DNA of 64,000 nt from Callorhinchus milii (Eukaryota): NCBI RefSeq assembly GCF_018977255.1, contig NW_024704742.1, positions 135,100,001 through 135,164,000 of the forward strand. The letters are read 5' to 3'. The notes beneath the pieces are model-generated. The model ran no database searches, was not told the origin of the DNA, and saw only the letters and a list, made by a program, of their open reading frames with translations. A program made the translations under genes and the position numbers. Below are positions 11,303-24,632 of this stretch, one piece after another. The stretch's first letter is position 1; every line of letters begins with the position of its first letter.

Positions 11303-14300
11303 GTGGTGTGAAAGGATTAAAAATAATTAGGGGGTCAGGAATTGAATTCAGGATGTTTTAATTATACATGACAAAGGTACTGCAGGGCCACAGCTAACAA
11401 AACCCTGGGGCAGTCATCAAAGGTCGGAGCCTGGGCACTATAGAGTTAAAGGGGTAGCAGAGGTCATGAGAATTAAAGCAAAGGGCATCGCGTTCATCAA
11501 TTTTTCAACAGGTTCTGACATCAATTAATATTAACAAGAATACTTCATGCTTTGTGTCAAACACTCACAAATAACCCCAGAGATTAGCTTGCTCACCACT
11601 GTACTCGGGGATTGGCAAGTATCTATTCACATGGCTCAATGTGCAAGACTTGCACGAGAAGGAGCATAATGGTAAATACTTATCCAGCTCCCCTTGAATA
11701 GGAGCATGAATCGGTTAAGAACCCGAGCAGTAGAAATACTGAGCGATGCGAGTAAAGAGTTTGCAAATGGCTTAACAATAGTGCGTGACAATACAGGTCA
11801 CAGCAGCAAAGGCTCTGGTGGGTGGGGTCAAAACGGACATAGTCCTTCTATGCTGAAAATGTCGATATTCCAATGTATAATCTGTAAAAGGTTTCGGTTT
11901 CAATTTACTTGATTTAAAATAATAATCTTTGCATTTGACGTGGCGCCTTATCGCGTCGTTGAGACGTCTCAAAGTGTTTCACAGAATATATTGTGAGGTG
12001 GTTTGATGTGAGTGTGTGTGGGGTGGGGAAGGAGGGTGATCAAAGAGGAAAGTCTTGAGACTGCAGAGCACTCTGTAGAAAGTTGAGCATTAAGGCCCAC
12101 ATCACATTGCAAGGCTCACCACCACTCGAGCAACAGCTTCAGCAATATATAACAGAGCCGGAGGAGATGAATGGAGAGCTACATATTCACATGTTGACAG
12201 GTGAAGAGTATGTGGGTCCAAGTGATCCCTGACCAGTACCAAAGAGCTTCAAACACCTGCTTCTTTGGGTGAATGTGATTGATTCCAACAAAACAACCAG
12301 AGGACTTGCATTAATATAATGATAAGACACACATGGTACCAGTGCTTCACTACGGTGAGGATCACTGAGCAGAGAGGACAGGAGGGAGAATGAGTGGGTT
12401 TGCTAAAGGTGACATTTTTAAGTTGTGGTTGGTGGGGGGGGGGGCTGGAGAGGAATAGAAGTGTTCTTTAGCTTAGACTACAAATAAAATAAAATGAAAC
12501 AGCTAACTGCCTACATCAAATAATACAACTTCAAGAAAAAAAAATTCATGTCCTTATGTCGGTGGCAGCGCAATAATACACGTTATGATTACTCCAAATG
12601 TACAGGCCATCCTGGCTTTGATTTAGCTCTCCAATCGATTGAACTATGCTGCAAGTATACGAGAAGCCATGAAATGTGGGACGTTGTTGTGCACAAATCG
12701 GCTGCAATGTTTACCTAGGTAGTTCACGGTCACTACGGTTTAAAGAATATCCTGTGAAGCACTTTGACATGTCCTCCTGAACACAAGGAACACACACAAC
12801 TCTTCAGGATCTGTGCTACAATTTTTTTCTTGAAGCTCCAATAGTGAGGACTTCACAATAATGCTGATGCATTTTTTGCAAAAGTGTACGTTTCAAAAAT
12901 CGGCCTCTTTGAAAGACCATATCCTGAAAATCTCTTTTTCTTCTGGGTCTTGATCCAGCCAGAGCCAAGACCGGGTTGGAGTTGAAAGGGTTAAACGGTT
13001 CGCGCTCAGACGCCTTTACGAGGGCCGATTACTTGAAGCAAGGTTTAGCATCTGTTACTAGTGCTTTGTGATGCTTCCTGCATTACACAGCTATGTGCTT
13101 CACTAAATCATCACTTGACAGAGACTAATCATGGAACACTGAATAATGCACCGAGTGGCATTTCGCACGGACATTCACATCCAGCTGAAAAATGGACAGG
13201 AATGAGAAGGACCTGGCTCTTGTTGTACTATCAGCAGGGTCTTTAGGGACAAGTGGCTGATAAATTATCCCTTACAGTAAGCTGTAATTACTGCGCAAAT
13301 GTTTATGTTTAAACACATAGGTAAACAAACTAGAGAATCAGCGACCAAAAATAAAAAGGGGAGCTTCCAAAATTAACAAAGGCATACTTGCTATCTTTGA
13401 TATGGTTGATTTTAGTTTTTCAGTGAAAGCAGGACGGCGTTTTGTTATTGTGCGAGAGGTTACAATAGATGGTGACCCTATCACAAAGGCTGACCAATTT
13501 GGCTGGTGGGGGAAAAAAGACACAGCAAATGGATAGTGCACTTCAGACCCACATTCTGGTGCTAATAAGATGCCCAGCGCAAAGCCTTTTGTGAAATCTG
13601 CTGCAATAAACCTTCATTTTGGAGGCACACAAACCTTGATTCTGCGCGATTTCCGCTCGAGACTAGTTCATTTTGAAAAAAAAAACCCATTACCTTTGCT
13701 GGTCAGGCAACTTCTGAATATAAAATGCAATTTATTGACCCTAAGACCCCAGGCACACAGAGGTCAGGCAGCATTGCGTCTGTTGAAACAAAATACTGAC
13801 CATCAGTGGTTGCTATGGATGTTGCTCCCTGGAGCAGAGCTTGACTGCTTTCAGCTTCTCCTCATTCCAGCCCAGCTGACCAAGGCTCACTGCACACTTC
13901 AAGAAATGAATGCATTTTTACTTATTTACTGCCTCGCCCATTAACATCCTGAGCTATTTTTTTCTATACCCTGAAAAAGGAATACAATATAAAAACGTGC
14001 CTTTGCTTGCGCGCCTTTGCTTTCAAGCACATTTTTTAAAATTGAAATACAAAGGCGTCATTCTTCACACGATATCCGTAGATTTGATATTTGCGTATTT
14101 TTTAAAAGCAATATTGGTATCGATAACCAATATGATCTGTGAAGCGATTTGAGACATCTCAATGATGCGATGAGGCACTGTATCAAATGCAAGCTTTATT
14201 ATTATTATAATCACAAAATACTCAACCCTGGTAAGCATCTCTCTTCCCAAGCAAAACATTACTCTAAAAAAACTTATTTGGTTTAAGAAAATTATCAATT

Positions 14301-15192
14301 GTTACAGCTGTGCAGTTGACCCCAGTTTGCTATTAATTGCTATTAATTAATTTACTATTCTTTGACAACCAGGTCATAAAACAGAGGGAAAAAGCTTCAA
14401 GTTGTTTTGTTTTTGGCTGCCCACAAAACAACACACTACACTTTACAGTATATCCTGTGAAGCATTTTAAACATCCTCAGATGTGAATGGCAGTATACAA
14501 AATGTATATAATAATAATTATAATAACAATACTAATTCTTGGATTTGATATAGTACCTTATCACGTTGTTGAGATGTCTCAAAGCGCTTCACAGAATATA
14601 CTGTAAAGTGAATTGACTGTAGATTTTGTGGGCAAAATGCAGCAGCGAATTTCACACAGCAGTGTCTCACAAACAGTCGTGGATTGAGTGACCAACTTAT
14701 TATTTTATTACGTTTAAAGAGATTATTACGTTTAAAAAATATTGAGCACAAATATTAAAGGCAAATGAAATTCACCATCTGTGAAACAATAGAGCCATGG
14801 AATATAAATAGTACAAATGTACAACTATCTCACCAAAATGTACATTTTTATTATCCCTTTATCAATCACATAAACATGTCTTAAGTTCCTAAATAAAAAC
14901 TCATTTTTCAGGGCTGAGTATTCCCTTAATGAATGTTTAAAATCCTCATCTAATTATATCAATGCATTTTTACGTATCAACATTAACTCTAGTTAATGAG
15001 GAAAAATCTTACTGCCTGAGGGAAAGGCAAAAAGGACATCTGTAGCCTTAAGGGCAACACTGCGCTGATGAAATGTCACTTTTTTGCAGAGATAATGTTA
15101 TCTTTGTAAGTCACGTCGATCAGAAATGTTCCCTTCAAGATAATTTCATCAGCAGTTTATTACCTGAATCAAACTCACCTCTTGGCAAAAAA

Positions 15193-15405
15193 TCAGCTCC
15201 CCTCTCGACTCTCTTCCTCCTCCTCGCTCCCTCCCTTCCCTCCCCTCACCTGACCATTTCCCCCTCCTCTCTCCCTCCCTTCCCTCCCCTCACCCTGACC
15301 ATTTCCCCCCTGCTCGGGTCATGACCCAACTGTGCAGCGCCTTGGGACGTCCTCCTGACGTGAAAGGTGCTCTATAAATGGAATCTTGTTGTTGTTGTTG
15401 TTGTT
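15193..15405 (+). mobile_element. L2 3' end with (TTG)n tail
   Basis: Matches 55342-55501 with several substitutions and a ~40-bp internal tandem duplication. Confidence 0.85.
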
Positions 15406-17249
15406 GTCCAGCGCTTTGGGACATCCTCCTGTCTTGAAAGGCGCAATATAAATACAATTTGTTGTTGTAATATTTTGCTGCATTTTCATTTGAAATATCC
15501 CAGAATAACAAAGTTGGACAAACTGTAGCTCTCATATAATAATAAGCATTTGATATAGTGCCTTATCACGTCTTCAAGCTGTCTCAAAGCTTCACAAAAT
15601 ATACTGTAAGTGAATTGACTGTATATCTTGTGGGCAAACCGCAATAGTCCTTCATGCATCACACACACACACACTTCAAAACCTTCCCCATAACTTCAAG
15701 GCATCATTTTAGCATCATATCTTGGTATTACAAACCTTTTTGGCATTGCTAAGTAAGCCTGGACATAATGGGGGGGTGTGTGGGGGAAGGAAGGTATTAA
15801 GGGTGCCTCAGGGGTCTGGACTGGGACATTTTCATCACATTTTGGTACAAAACTTTTCTGTCTGCAAGTGTTCTTGTAAATGTCATTTTTGAATCAACCA
15901 ATTCATTATTTCCACTTGAAAAAAAAGACTTTTGATGTTCTGATGAACCATCCGAAGCATGTGGAAAGTCATTTGCCTAATCCAGGAGCAAGCTCATTCT
16001 GCATGTGACCTCGCAAGTCACTAACCGAGGAGAATGAAGACTTTATGATCACCTCACCCATCCTAACAGTCGCTTGATATGTCATGTCCAAAACTGTATG
16101 TTGTACCCCAAGATCCTATTTTCTAACCAAAATCTGTCTAATTTGTCCTTGAAACAAACAACACTTTCTGCTTCCACCGTCTCCCTACAGAGCCTGTTCC
16201 ATACATTTGCTACTTGCTAACTGAAGTAGTGTTTCCGCAGATATGTTCTGAATTAACCCCCTCACATTAATCGCAGGCCAGGTCCTCTGGTTCTACTGTT
16301 CATACCCTTGAGTTCATACTTCTTTAATCTGTGTTGGCCATATCTCCAGCACATGAAAACAAACACGCACATATTGGCAAAAGGAGTTTTGAAGTGAATT
16401 ATCTGATCACGCAGCCCGTTTATACATTCCAGTGACTTTGTGTTGTTACAAAGACCTTGTTGTATGCTGGTAGCATTTGACCACATTTTAAACGGTTTCC
16501 AGTCGACAACATTCTCTCCTGATGCAAATTACAATGTGTCTTTTCCAATTTTCGGGACACTTGTCTCTTTTCTAAATCTATAACGAGAGCGCTTGCGAGT
16601 AAACAGATCATAAAGTCTTCATTCTCCTCGGGTTAGTGACTTGCGAGGTCACATGCAGAATGAGCTTGCTCCTGGATTAGGCAAATGACTTTCCACATGC
16701 TTCGGATGGTTCATCAGAACATCAAAAGTCTTTTTTTTCAAGTGGAAATAATGAATTGGTTGATTCAAAAATGACATTTACAAGAACACTTGCAGACAGA
16801 AAAGTTTTGTACCAAAATGTGATGAAAATGTCCCAGTCCAGACCCCTGAGGCACCCTTAATACCTTCCTTCCCCCACACACCCCCCATTATGTCCAGGCT
16901 TACTTAGCAATGCCAAAAAGGTTTGTAATACCAAGATATGATGCTAAAATGATGCCTTGAAGTTATGGGGAAGGTTTTGAAGTGTGTGTGTGTGATGCAT
17001 GAAGGACTATTGCGGTTTGCCCACAAGATATACAGTCAATTCACTTACAGTATATTTTGTGAAGCTTTGAGACAGCTTGAAGACGTGATAAGGCACTATA
17101 TCAAATGCTTATTATTATATGAGAGCTACAGTTTGTCCAACTTTGTTATTCTGGGATATTTCAAATGAAAATGCAGCAAAATATTACAACAACAAATTGT
17201 ATTTATATTGCGCCTTTCAAGACAGGAGGATGTCCCAAAGCGCTGGACA
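15405..17249. repeat. Inverted repeat with ~645-bp arms (15405-16050 and 16606-17249)
   Basis: The arms are reverse complements; both match 55720-56365. Confidence 0.92.
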
Positions 17250-17466
17250 GTGAAGGGTTTGCACCTACGCTGGGGGTTGGAATCATGAGGGGTGGAGGGC
17301 AAAGGGGATGGGGGTGAGAGGAAGACTGAAAGCACGGTCAAAGAGGAGGGACTTGAGCCAGCCTTTCAAGGAGGCAAGGGAGGGGGTGAGATAGATGGAG
17401 TTCCAGAGGGCGGGGGCAGAAAGGCAGAAGGCCTAATCACCGATGGTTGAACGGGCAGAGCGGGAG

Positions 17467-18335
17467 ACAACAACAACAACATTCCATTTATGGAGCGTCT
17501 TTCACGTCAGGAGGACGTCCCAAGGCGCTGGACAGTTGGGTCGGGACCCGAGCAGGGGGAAATGGTCAGAGTGAGGGGAGGGAAGGGAGGGAGCGAGGAG
17601 GGATAGAGTGTCGAGAGGGAGCTGAAGGCACGGTCAAAGAGAAAGGTCTTGAGACCGGCCTTGAAAGAGGAAAGGAAGGAAGCAAGGCGAAGGCACTGGG
17701 GGATGGAGTTCCAGAGCCTTGGGGCTGAGAGGCTGAAGGCCCGGCCACCGATGGTAGGGCGGTTGGGGCGGGGGATGTGGAGTAGACTGGAGCCAGAGGA
17801 ACGGAGGGTACGGGCAGGTAGGTAGGGGGATAGTAGGTCGGAGAGGTAGGAGGGAGCGAGGCCATGAATGGCCTTGTAGGTGAGGATGAGGATCTTGAAT
17901 TCGATCCTCTGGGGGATGGGGAGCCAGTGGAGGCGAGCGAGGGTGGGAGTGATGTGGTCCGAAGCCTGGTGCGGGACAGTACACGAGCTGCAGAGTTCTG
18001 AATGACCTGCAGTGTGGAGGGAGGTGCCGGGAAGGCCGGCGAGGAGAGAGTTCCTATAGTCCAGCCTTGAGGTGACAAAGGCGTGGACCAGGGTTTCAGC
18101 AGCGTGAGGGGTGAGGTAGTGCCGTAGTTTGGCGATGTTTCGGAGGTGATGGAAGGCGGTGCCAGTTGTGGTGCGGATATGAGGAAGAAAGGACAGCTCA
18201 GGGTCGAACAGAACGCCGAGGTTCCTGATGGCTTTGAGAGGTGGAGAGTGCAGCCTTGGATGCTGATGCTGTCAGCGCCTGAGGTGCGGCGGCGCTGACC
18301 CGAGCCAATCAGGAGGGCCTCAGTTTTGCGCACGT
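17467..18335 (-). mobile_element. 5'-truncated L2 (3' ~870 nt), copy 1
   Basis: RT C-terminal motifs, stem-loop and (TTG)n tail on the minus strand. Confidence 0.9.
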
Positions 18336-18704
18336 GGAGCCTGATTTCATTTCTCTACCTCTACCTGTGTACAGGTGTTATAGATTATCAATAACTTATC
18401 TTAGACGCCTGCTCAATACAGGCAAAAATGATTGAGATGTGCAGTTTTTCACATGGAAAATAATGGATGAATTGGTTACACTTCAATCTCCTCAATAACA
18501 TCAAAACATTAAAACATAACTTTCTTTTTCCGCTAGTTAAGGGAACTTTGGGCATGGTCGGTGAGCCCAAGGCGACAGTGCTCGGAATGTAAATCAAAGA
18601 CTCTGCTTCAAATTAGCCTAACAGGAGAAGTGGTGTTTCAGAGCTTCCAGAGGGATAGAAGGTGTGTTAATTTGACATGTGCCACTGTTGGAAGGGTCCA
18701 ACAA

Positions 18705-19085
18705 CTATAATAACAAATTACACTTGAATAGCCCCCTTCACTTTGGAAAGACATCCCAGGGCGCTGGACAGTCGGGGTTTTCTGGACCCGAGCTGGGAGT
18801 TGGGCTTAGGAGGGGTGAAGGGCAGGAGGGTGTGGATGGGAGGGTGGCCGAAGAAAGCAAGAGAGGGAATGAGGTGGAGGGATTGTGGGGTAGAGTTCCA
18901 GTGTGTGGGGGCAGAGATGCTGAATGCTCGACTGACAATGGTGGAGAGGGAAGTGCGAGTGACCTGATGCAGGCCAGTGTCCGCCGAGTGGAGGGAGCGG
19001 ATAGGCTGATATGGGGTTAGGGGGTCGGAGAGGTGGTGGGGAGCAAGACTGTAGAGGGCTTTGAGGGTGAGAACGAGGGTTTTGT
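18705..19085 (-). mobile_element. Older L2 3' fragment (also ~27836-28212 and ~52455-52822)
   Basis: KTLVLTLKALYSLAPHHLSD...SRAFSISAPTHWNS plus tail. Confidence 0.8.
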
Positions 19086-19403
19086 GCACGATTCTCTGAC
19101 TATTTGGTGTGTGTGTGTGTGTATGAAGATGGAAGTCATAGCTTTGGTAAAGAATACACAACAGTGTTTGGGGCAGACAAGAAAGAACTATTGAGAAAAG
19201 ATGAAAGTTTAAATGTCTGTTAGGCAAACAGCCGTGAGGCAAACAAGAATTGCTTTAAAAGCTGAAAGTGAGAAAGTCCTGACGGCTGTCCTCAATTCCA
19301 TCCAAATCACAGGATTGGGACTCTGATCTGACGCAACATCAGCAAAGGCAAGTTTATTAGTGTAGAAGTGAAAAGGCGAATTCTATATGTTAAACCAAAG
19401 TCT

Positions 19404-19696
19404 TGTAGTGTAGTAATCAGTACACTCGACCCGCGTTTGATTTCTGGGCAGGTTTCCTTACTCCATACGCCTCTGTTTACGATTGGCGAATCGCTTTCTG
19501 GGGTAATAAACCTTCAAAAAAAAATTGTCACTCGATCTACGACAGTTCGTGCGACACTGCTGTACACAATTGGCTGCTGCGTTTCAAGCACAAAATACAC
19601 AGTCAATCCACTTCAAAATATACTGTATTCTGTGAAGCTCTTTTAGATGTCTCAACGTAGTGATAAGGCGCGTTATCAAATGCAAGGATTATTATT
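19404..19696 (+). mobile_element. tRNA-derived SINE, degraded (duplicated at ~28533-28828)
   Basis: Family similarity. Confidence 0.8.
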
Positions 19697-19829
19697 TAGC
19701 GTGCAGTTCCACAGAATTTAGTATTTCTGGGGTAGCTTGACAGATTTTGAGATTCCTTCACACTCGACAAGGTCCACACTTTTCTAGGTGCTTGAGAATG
19801 TTTCTGCTGCTTAAACTTTCTTTGTGAAA

Positions 19830-20272
19830 TAATAAGTAATAATCCATGCATTTGATCGAGCGCCTCATCACGTCTTCAAGACACTTCACAGAATATACAA
19901 GTGAATTCAAGTGAATTGAAAATATTCCACGTTATCCCCAAAATATTTGCAGCACAAGCATACAATTTTTAATTTATTTTTGTCTGAACTCTATTTTTAA
20001 TATAATCTAATATATTGTAAAGTGGATCGACTCTGTGTTTCTGGGCAAAACACAGCAGCAAATTAGACACAGCAATGTCCCACAAACAGTCATGGATTGA
20101 GTGACCAGATTTTTTGGGGGAATTATTACCCCAGGAAAGCGATCCGCCAATTGACTAACAACCGGGCTCCTACTCTTACTGCTGGGTAAGAGGGCATGTG
20201 GAGTAAGGCAACTTGCCGAAGGTTTTGCCCTGCCCGGGAATCAAAACCGGGTTCTCTCGCTTGCGAGGCAAC
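19830..20272 (-). mobile_element. tRNA-derived SINE, long form, interrupted (duplicated at ~28962-29401)
   Basis: Family similarity. Confidence 0.8.
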
Positions 20273-21002
20273 TGCAATTTGAGCTAAACAAGTAGATTAG
20301 CTAAAAAAAATCTAAAAAAAAGAGAGCTGTAAGAAATGGGAATGTGTGAACTGTGACAGTTTTTAGCGATTCCAAAGGCACAGTCAGAGAGGAAGGAGTG
20401 AAAGTGCAGCTGATTTCATGGAGCTAATTCTTAACTGCTGCTTAACATGTGAAGCAGAGATTAAGACAATTGGGACATTATTGCCATGTTTTTACTTGTA
20501 GAAGCGGAATGTATTGATTTTAGAAGTGGAACGGGAAGCTTGATTTATGTTTCCAAACTGTCTTAACATTCAACCACTCCCTGTTTGAGACTATCCTGTT
20601 TGACTTTCGACCCACACACAGCACAGAGACAGCGTAGTCTAAATCACCAACATGTTGCAAACCTCCAGATTAATAGGTTGTTCACCTCATAATTGTTTGT
20701 GGCAGATTGATGGTGCTAAGTTGGTGATGTGTTTGCCTACAAAAAACAATAACAATGGACAATAATTATTATGAAGCATTTTGAGGTGCATGAAGCACTG
20801 TAAAAATACAGTTATAATAATACTCGCATTTGATTTAGCGCCTTATCATGTTGTTGTGACGTCTCGAAGTTCTTCACACATTATACTGTAAAGGAGGATT
20901 AACTGTATATTTCGTGGGGGAAACGCATCAGCCAATTGCGCACATCAGTGTTCCACGTGTAATTCAAGTGTTATTTGAAATGGGTGTTGGAAATGTGACT
21001 AA

Positions 21003-21908
<906 letters not shown>

Positions 21909-22099
21909 TAGGAAAATAGTGGTGAATTCTGATATACAGTAAGTCATTGCGCAATGCATTAATGTTTCAGAAAAGCTTTTCTTTTTAAAAAAATAGTATT
22001 AATATCCAACTCAACACTTGTGTGCTGTATGGACTTTGGTTTGTTCTGTACGCTCTCCATTATATTTCTATATTTTATAGTAGATGTTTGTTAGTTTGT

Positions 22100-22242
22100 T
22101 TCTTACCTTTTCCTGTCTCTCTCCTCCTTTTCTCTCTTCCCCTCCTCCTTCTTTCTCTCCTCCCTTTTCTATTTCTCCCTCCCTTCCCTCTTCCATCTCT
22201 CCCACCCCCGCCTCCCCTCAACGCCTTCTTTTTTTCCACCTC
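22100..22242. repeat. Polypyrimidine low-complexity tract (duplicated at ~31232-31374)
   Basis: About 140 nt almost exclusively C/T. Confidence 0.85.
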
Positions 22243-22719
22243 AACTAAAAACGCACGAGATTGTGTATGTGGCGACCTCATCTGCGGTACTGTCATGAGT
22301 CTCCATGTGTCTGTCCTGAAGGGAAACATTATCCTGCGGCTCCCTTTAGAACAAACGAGCCTTTCCAAAACTTGCCAGCAGCATTCAGAGCTAACTATAA
22401 CTGAGAGCCAGACGCTTATCCATTATATGTTTGTAGCCTATACCAGGATGGGTCCAACCTTTTGGGTGCTGGGAGGCCGAATGCCCTATTTGAGAAACAT
22501 CTGTGCATCATACAAGCAATATTTTTCTGTTTCCCTCCCAGAAACATTAACATGACATTTAGGGGCTATGGTGGGAGCGGGTGAGCCGGATGAAATGGGG
22601 GGGTGGGGGGGAAATGAAATCGGCCCACTGACTGGAATGCAGCCCATGGACCGCGAGTTGGACCACTTTGGTCTATACAATCTACAGAGATAATGTTCAC
22701 AAGGTCACGAGAGACATTG

Positions 22720-23300
22720 ACAAGAAGGCCCTTCAGCCTATTTGGTTTCAGCCTTCCCAAAAACTCGCCCTTCAGAGTTCTCATCATCGAATCTAGCTTT
22801 TTTTTTAAAATAAATGAGTCCAGCATTCTGGCTTCAGCTACCCTTTCTGATAACTAACAACAACTTGTATTTATATATCAGTTCCAATCATTATTTACCC
22901 TAAGTAAAGAAATACTTCCTGGTGTCTGTCCTGTAATTGCCCTTCGCAACCTGTGTCCTCTTCTGTTGTTGCATTCAAAAATATTACTTCCTCAATCCAT
23001 TTTAAAGTGATACAAACTTCTATAAGGTCCCACTGAGACATCTCCTTTCAAGGGACTGAAGAGCCTTAGCTTAGTCTAATCAATGCTTATAGCTCATTCT
23101 CTTAACACTGGGGATCATCTTTGCTATAGCCTCTAGTGCCTGGGCAGTCCTCTTATGTCATGGCAACCAGAACTGTAGTCTAGATGCAGGCTGACCAGAG
23201 AAATATAAAGCTTCAGTATGACTTCTGGCGATCTGGACATCACTGATTTGACATCGTCGTCCAGCATTCTGTTTGTCTTGTTCATTGTTTCCTCACGCTA
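22720..23300 (-). mobile_element. Degraded CR1-like fragments (duplicated at ~31850-32430)
   Basis: Similarity by eye to the CR1 ORF2 3' region on the minus strand. Confidence 0.55.
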
Positions 23301-23318
23301 TTCTGATATATATATATA

Positions 23319-23637
23319 CTGTAGCTCAGTGGTTAGAGCACTCGCTTTGCAAGTGAGAGACCTGAGTTCAATCCCAGGCAGAGGGTGAAACCTTGGGCAA
23401 GTTTCCTTACTCCACACAGAGCCTAATAATAATCCCTCCAAAAAACCCAAAACAATAATAAATTGGTCATTTTCAATCTACGACTGTTTGTGGGACATTG
23501 CTGTGCGCAATTGGCTGCCGCGTTCGCCTACAAATATACAGTCAATTCACTTTACAGTATATTCTGTGAAGCGCTTTGGGACATCCTTCCGATGTGAAAA
23601 GCGCTATATCAAATGCAAGGATTATTATTATTATTAT
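23319..23637 (+). mobile_element. tRNA(Ala)-derived SINE, short young form (duplicated at 32452-32770)
   Basis: Intact head, body and tail. Confidence 0.92.
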
Positions 23638-24390
23638 ATGGTGACAGATGAATCAGTTAACACTCCTGTTCTGTTCTGTCCATGGAATACTATTCTTGCT
23701 TCCTATATATAATGCCTTGCATTCATCTGTTCTGACTCTCTTTCATTGAGCTAGAAGGGGCTGCAAGCAGACTATCAAAAGGTCACTAGATAGAATACAG
23801 ATACTGTGAGAGGAGGCAAAATCAGACACTGCTGCGTTTGAACTTGTATATTGATGGCATATCGAATGGGTTATTACAGTGTTGGAAAAGCACCTGACAG
23901 TGTGCTGATTACAAGTTATGTTAAGGATAAAATCCGCCTGGTAACACATTGCTGAAGTATTTGACCATCTTCCCTCTGTGCTATTGATGGTGGAAGATCG
24001 ACAGGAGGGAGGACAAGGGTGGTACTTTGTACCTAATTATCTGGCTGGAAGAGAGAAAACAGAGACATTTTCAAATTAGGGGTGTTTTTGTGCAATCAAA
24101 TTTGACGTAGGAGCAGATAATATAATAATAATTTGATATAGCGCCTTAACACATCTTTGCGACGTCTGTAAAATGAATCTATATTTTGTAGATATACTGT
24201 AAAGTGAATCTATATTTTGTATAGATGGTAGTAGGACTAGCTATTTAGCGTTAATGAGAAGGGTGTACTCTCAGGCTTGCAAAGCATGACTGATGTGGAA
24301 GAACTTCAAAACCCAAGCAGTATTACCCCCCAAGCAAGCTTGACCTGTTCTGATATGCGGTAATTAATATTTAATTGTTATTCCTTGCAG

Positions 24391-24422
24391 ACCACAGAAA
24401 CCGAGCACCCTAGAGATGACTA
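24391..24422 (+). CDS. WDR7: WDR7 next exon, copy 1, truncated by an N gap
   Basis: ttccttgcag acceptor then (R)PQKPSTLEMT; identical to 33524-33555; ends at the gap. Confidence 0.85.
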
Positions 24423-24447
24423 NNNNNNNNNNNNNNNNNNNNNNNNN
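24423..24447. other. Assembly gap (25 N)
   Basis: Run of N. Confidence 1.
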
Positions 24448-24632
24448 GCCTTTCTGCCCCGCCCTCTGGAACTCCATCTATCTCACCCCCTCCCTTGCCT
24501 CCTTGAAAGGCTGGCTCAAGTCCCTCCTCTTTGACCGTGCTTTCAGTCTTCCTCTCACCCCCATCCCCTTTGCCCTCCACCCCTCATGATTCCAACCCCC
24601 AGCGTAGGTGCAAACCCTTCACTGCCCTTCAC

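Noticed and set aside
13694..13713. Possible 20-nt minus-strand microexon
   Set aside because: Not frame-preserving, and no host gene is identified.
22022..22555. 177-aa hydrophobic ORF (also 31154-31687)
   Set aside because: It arises from a stop-poor pyrimidine tract inside an intron.
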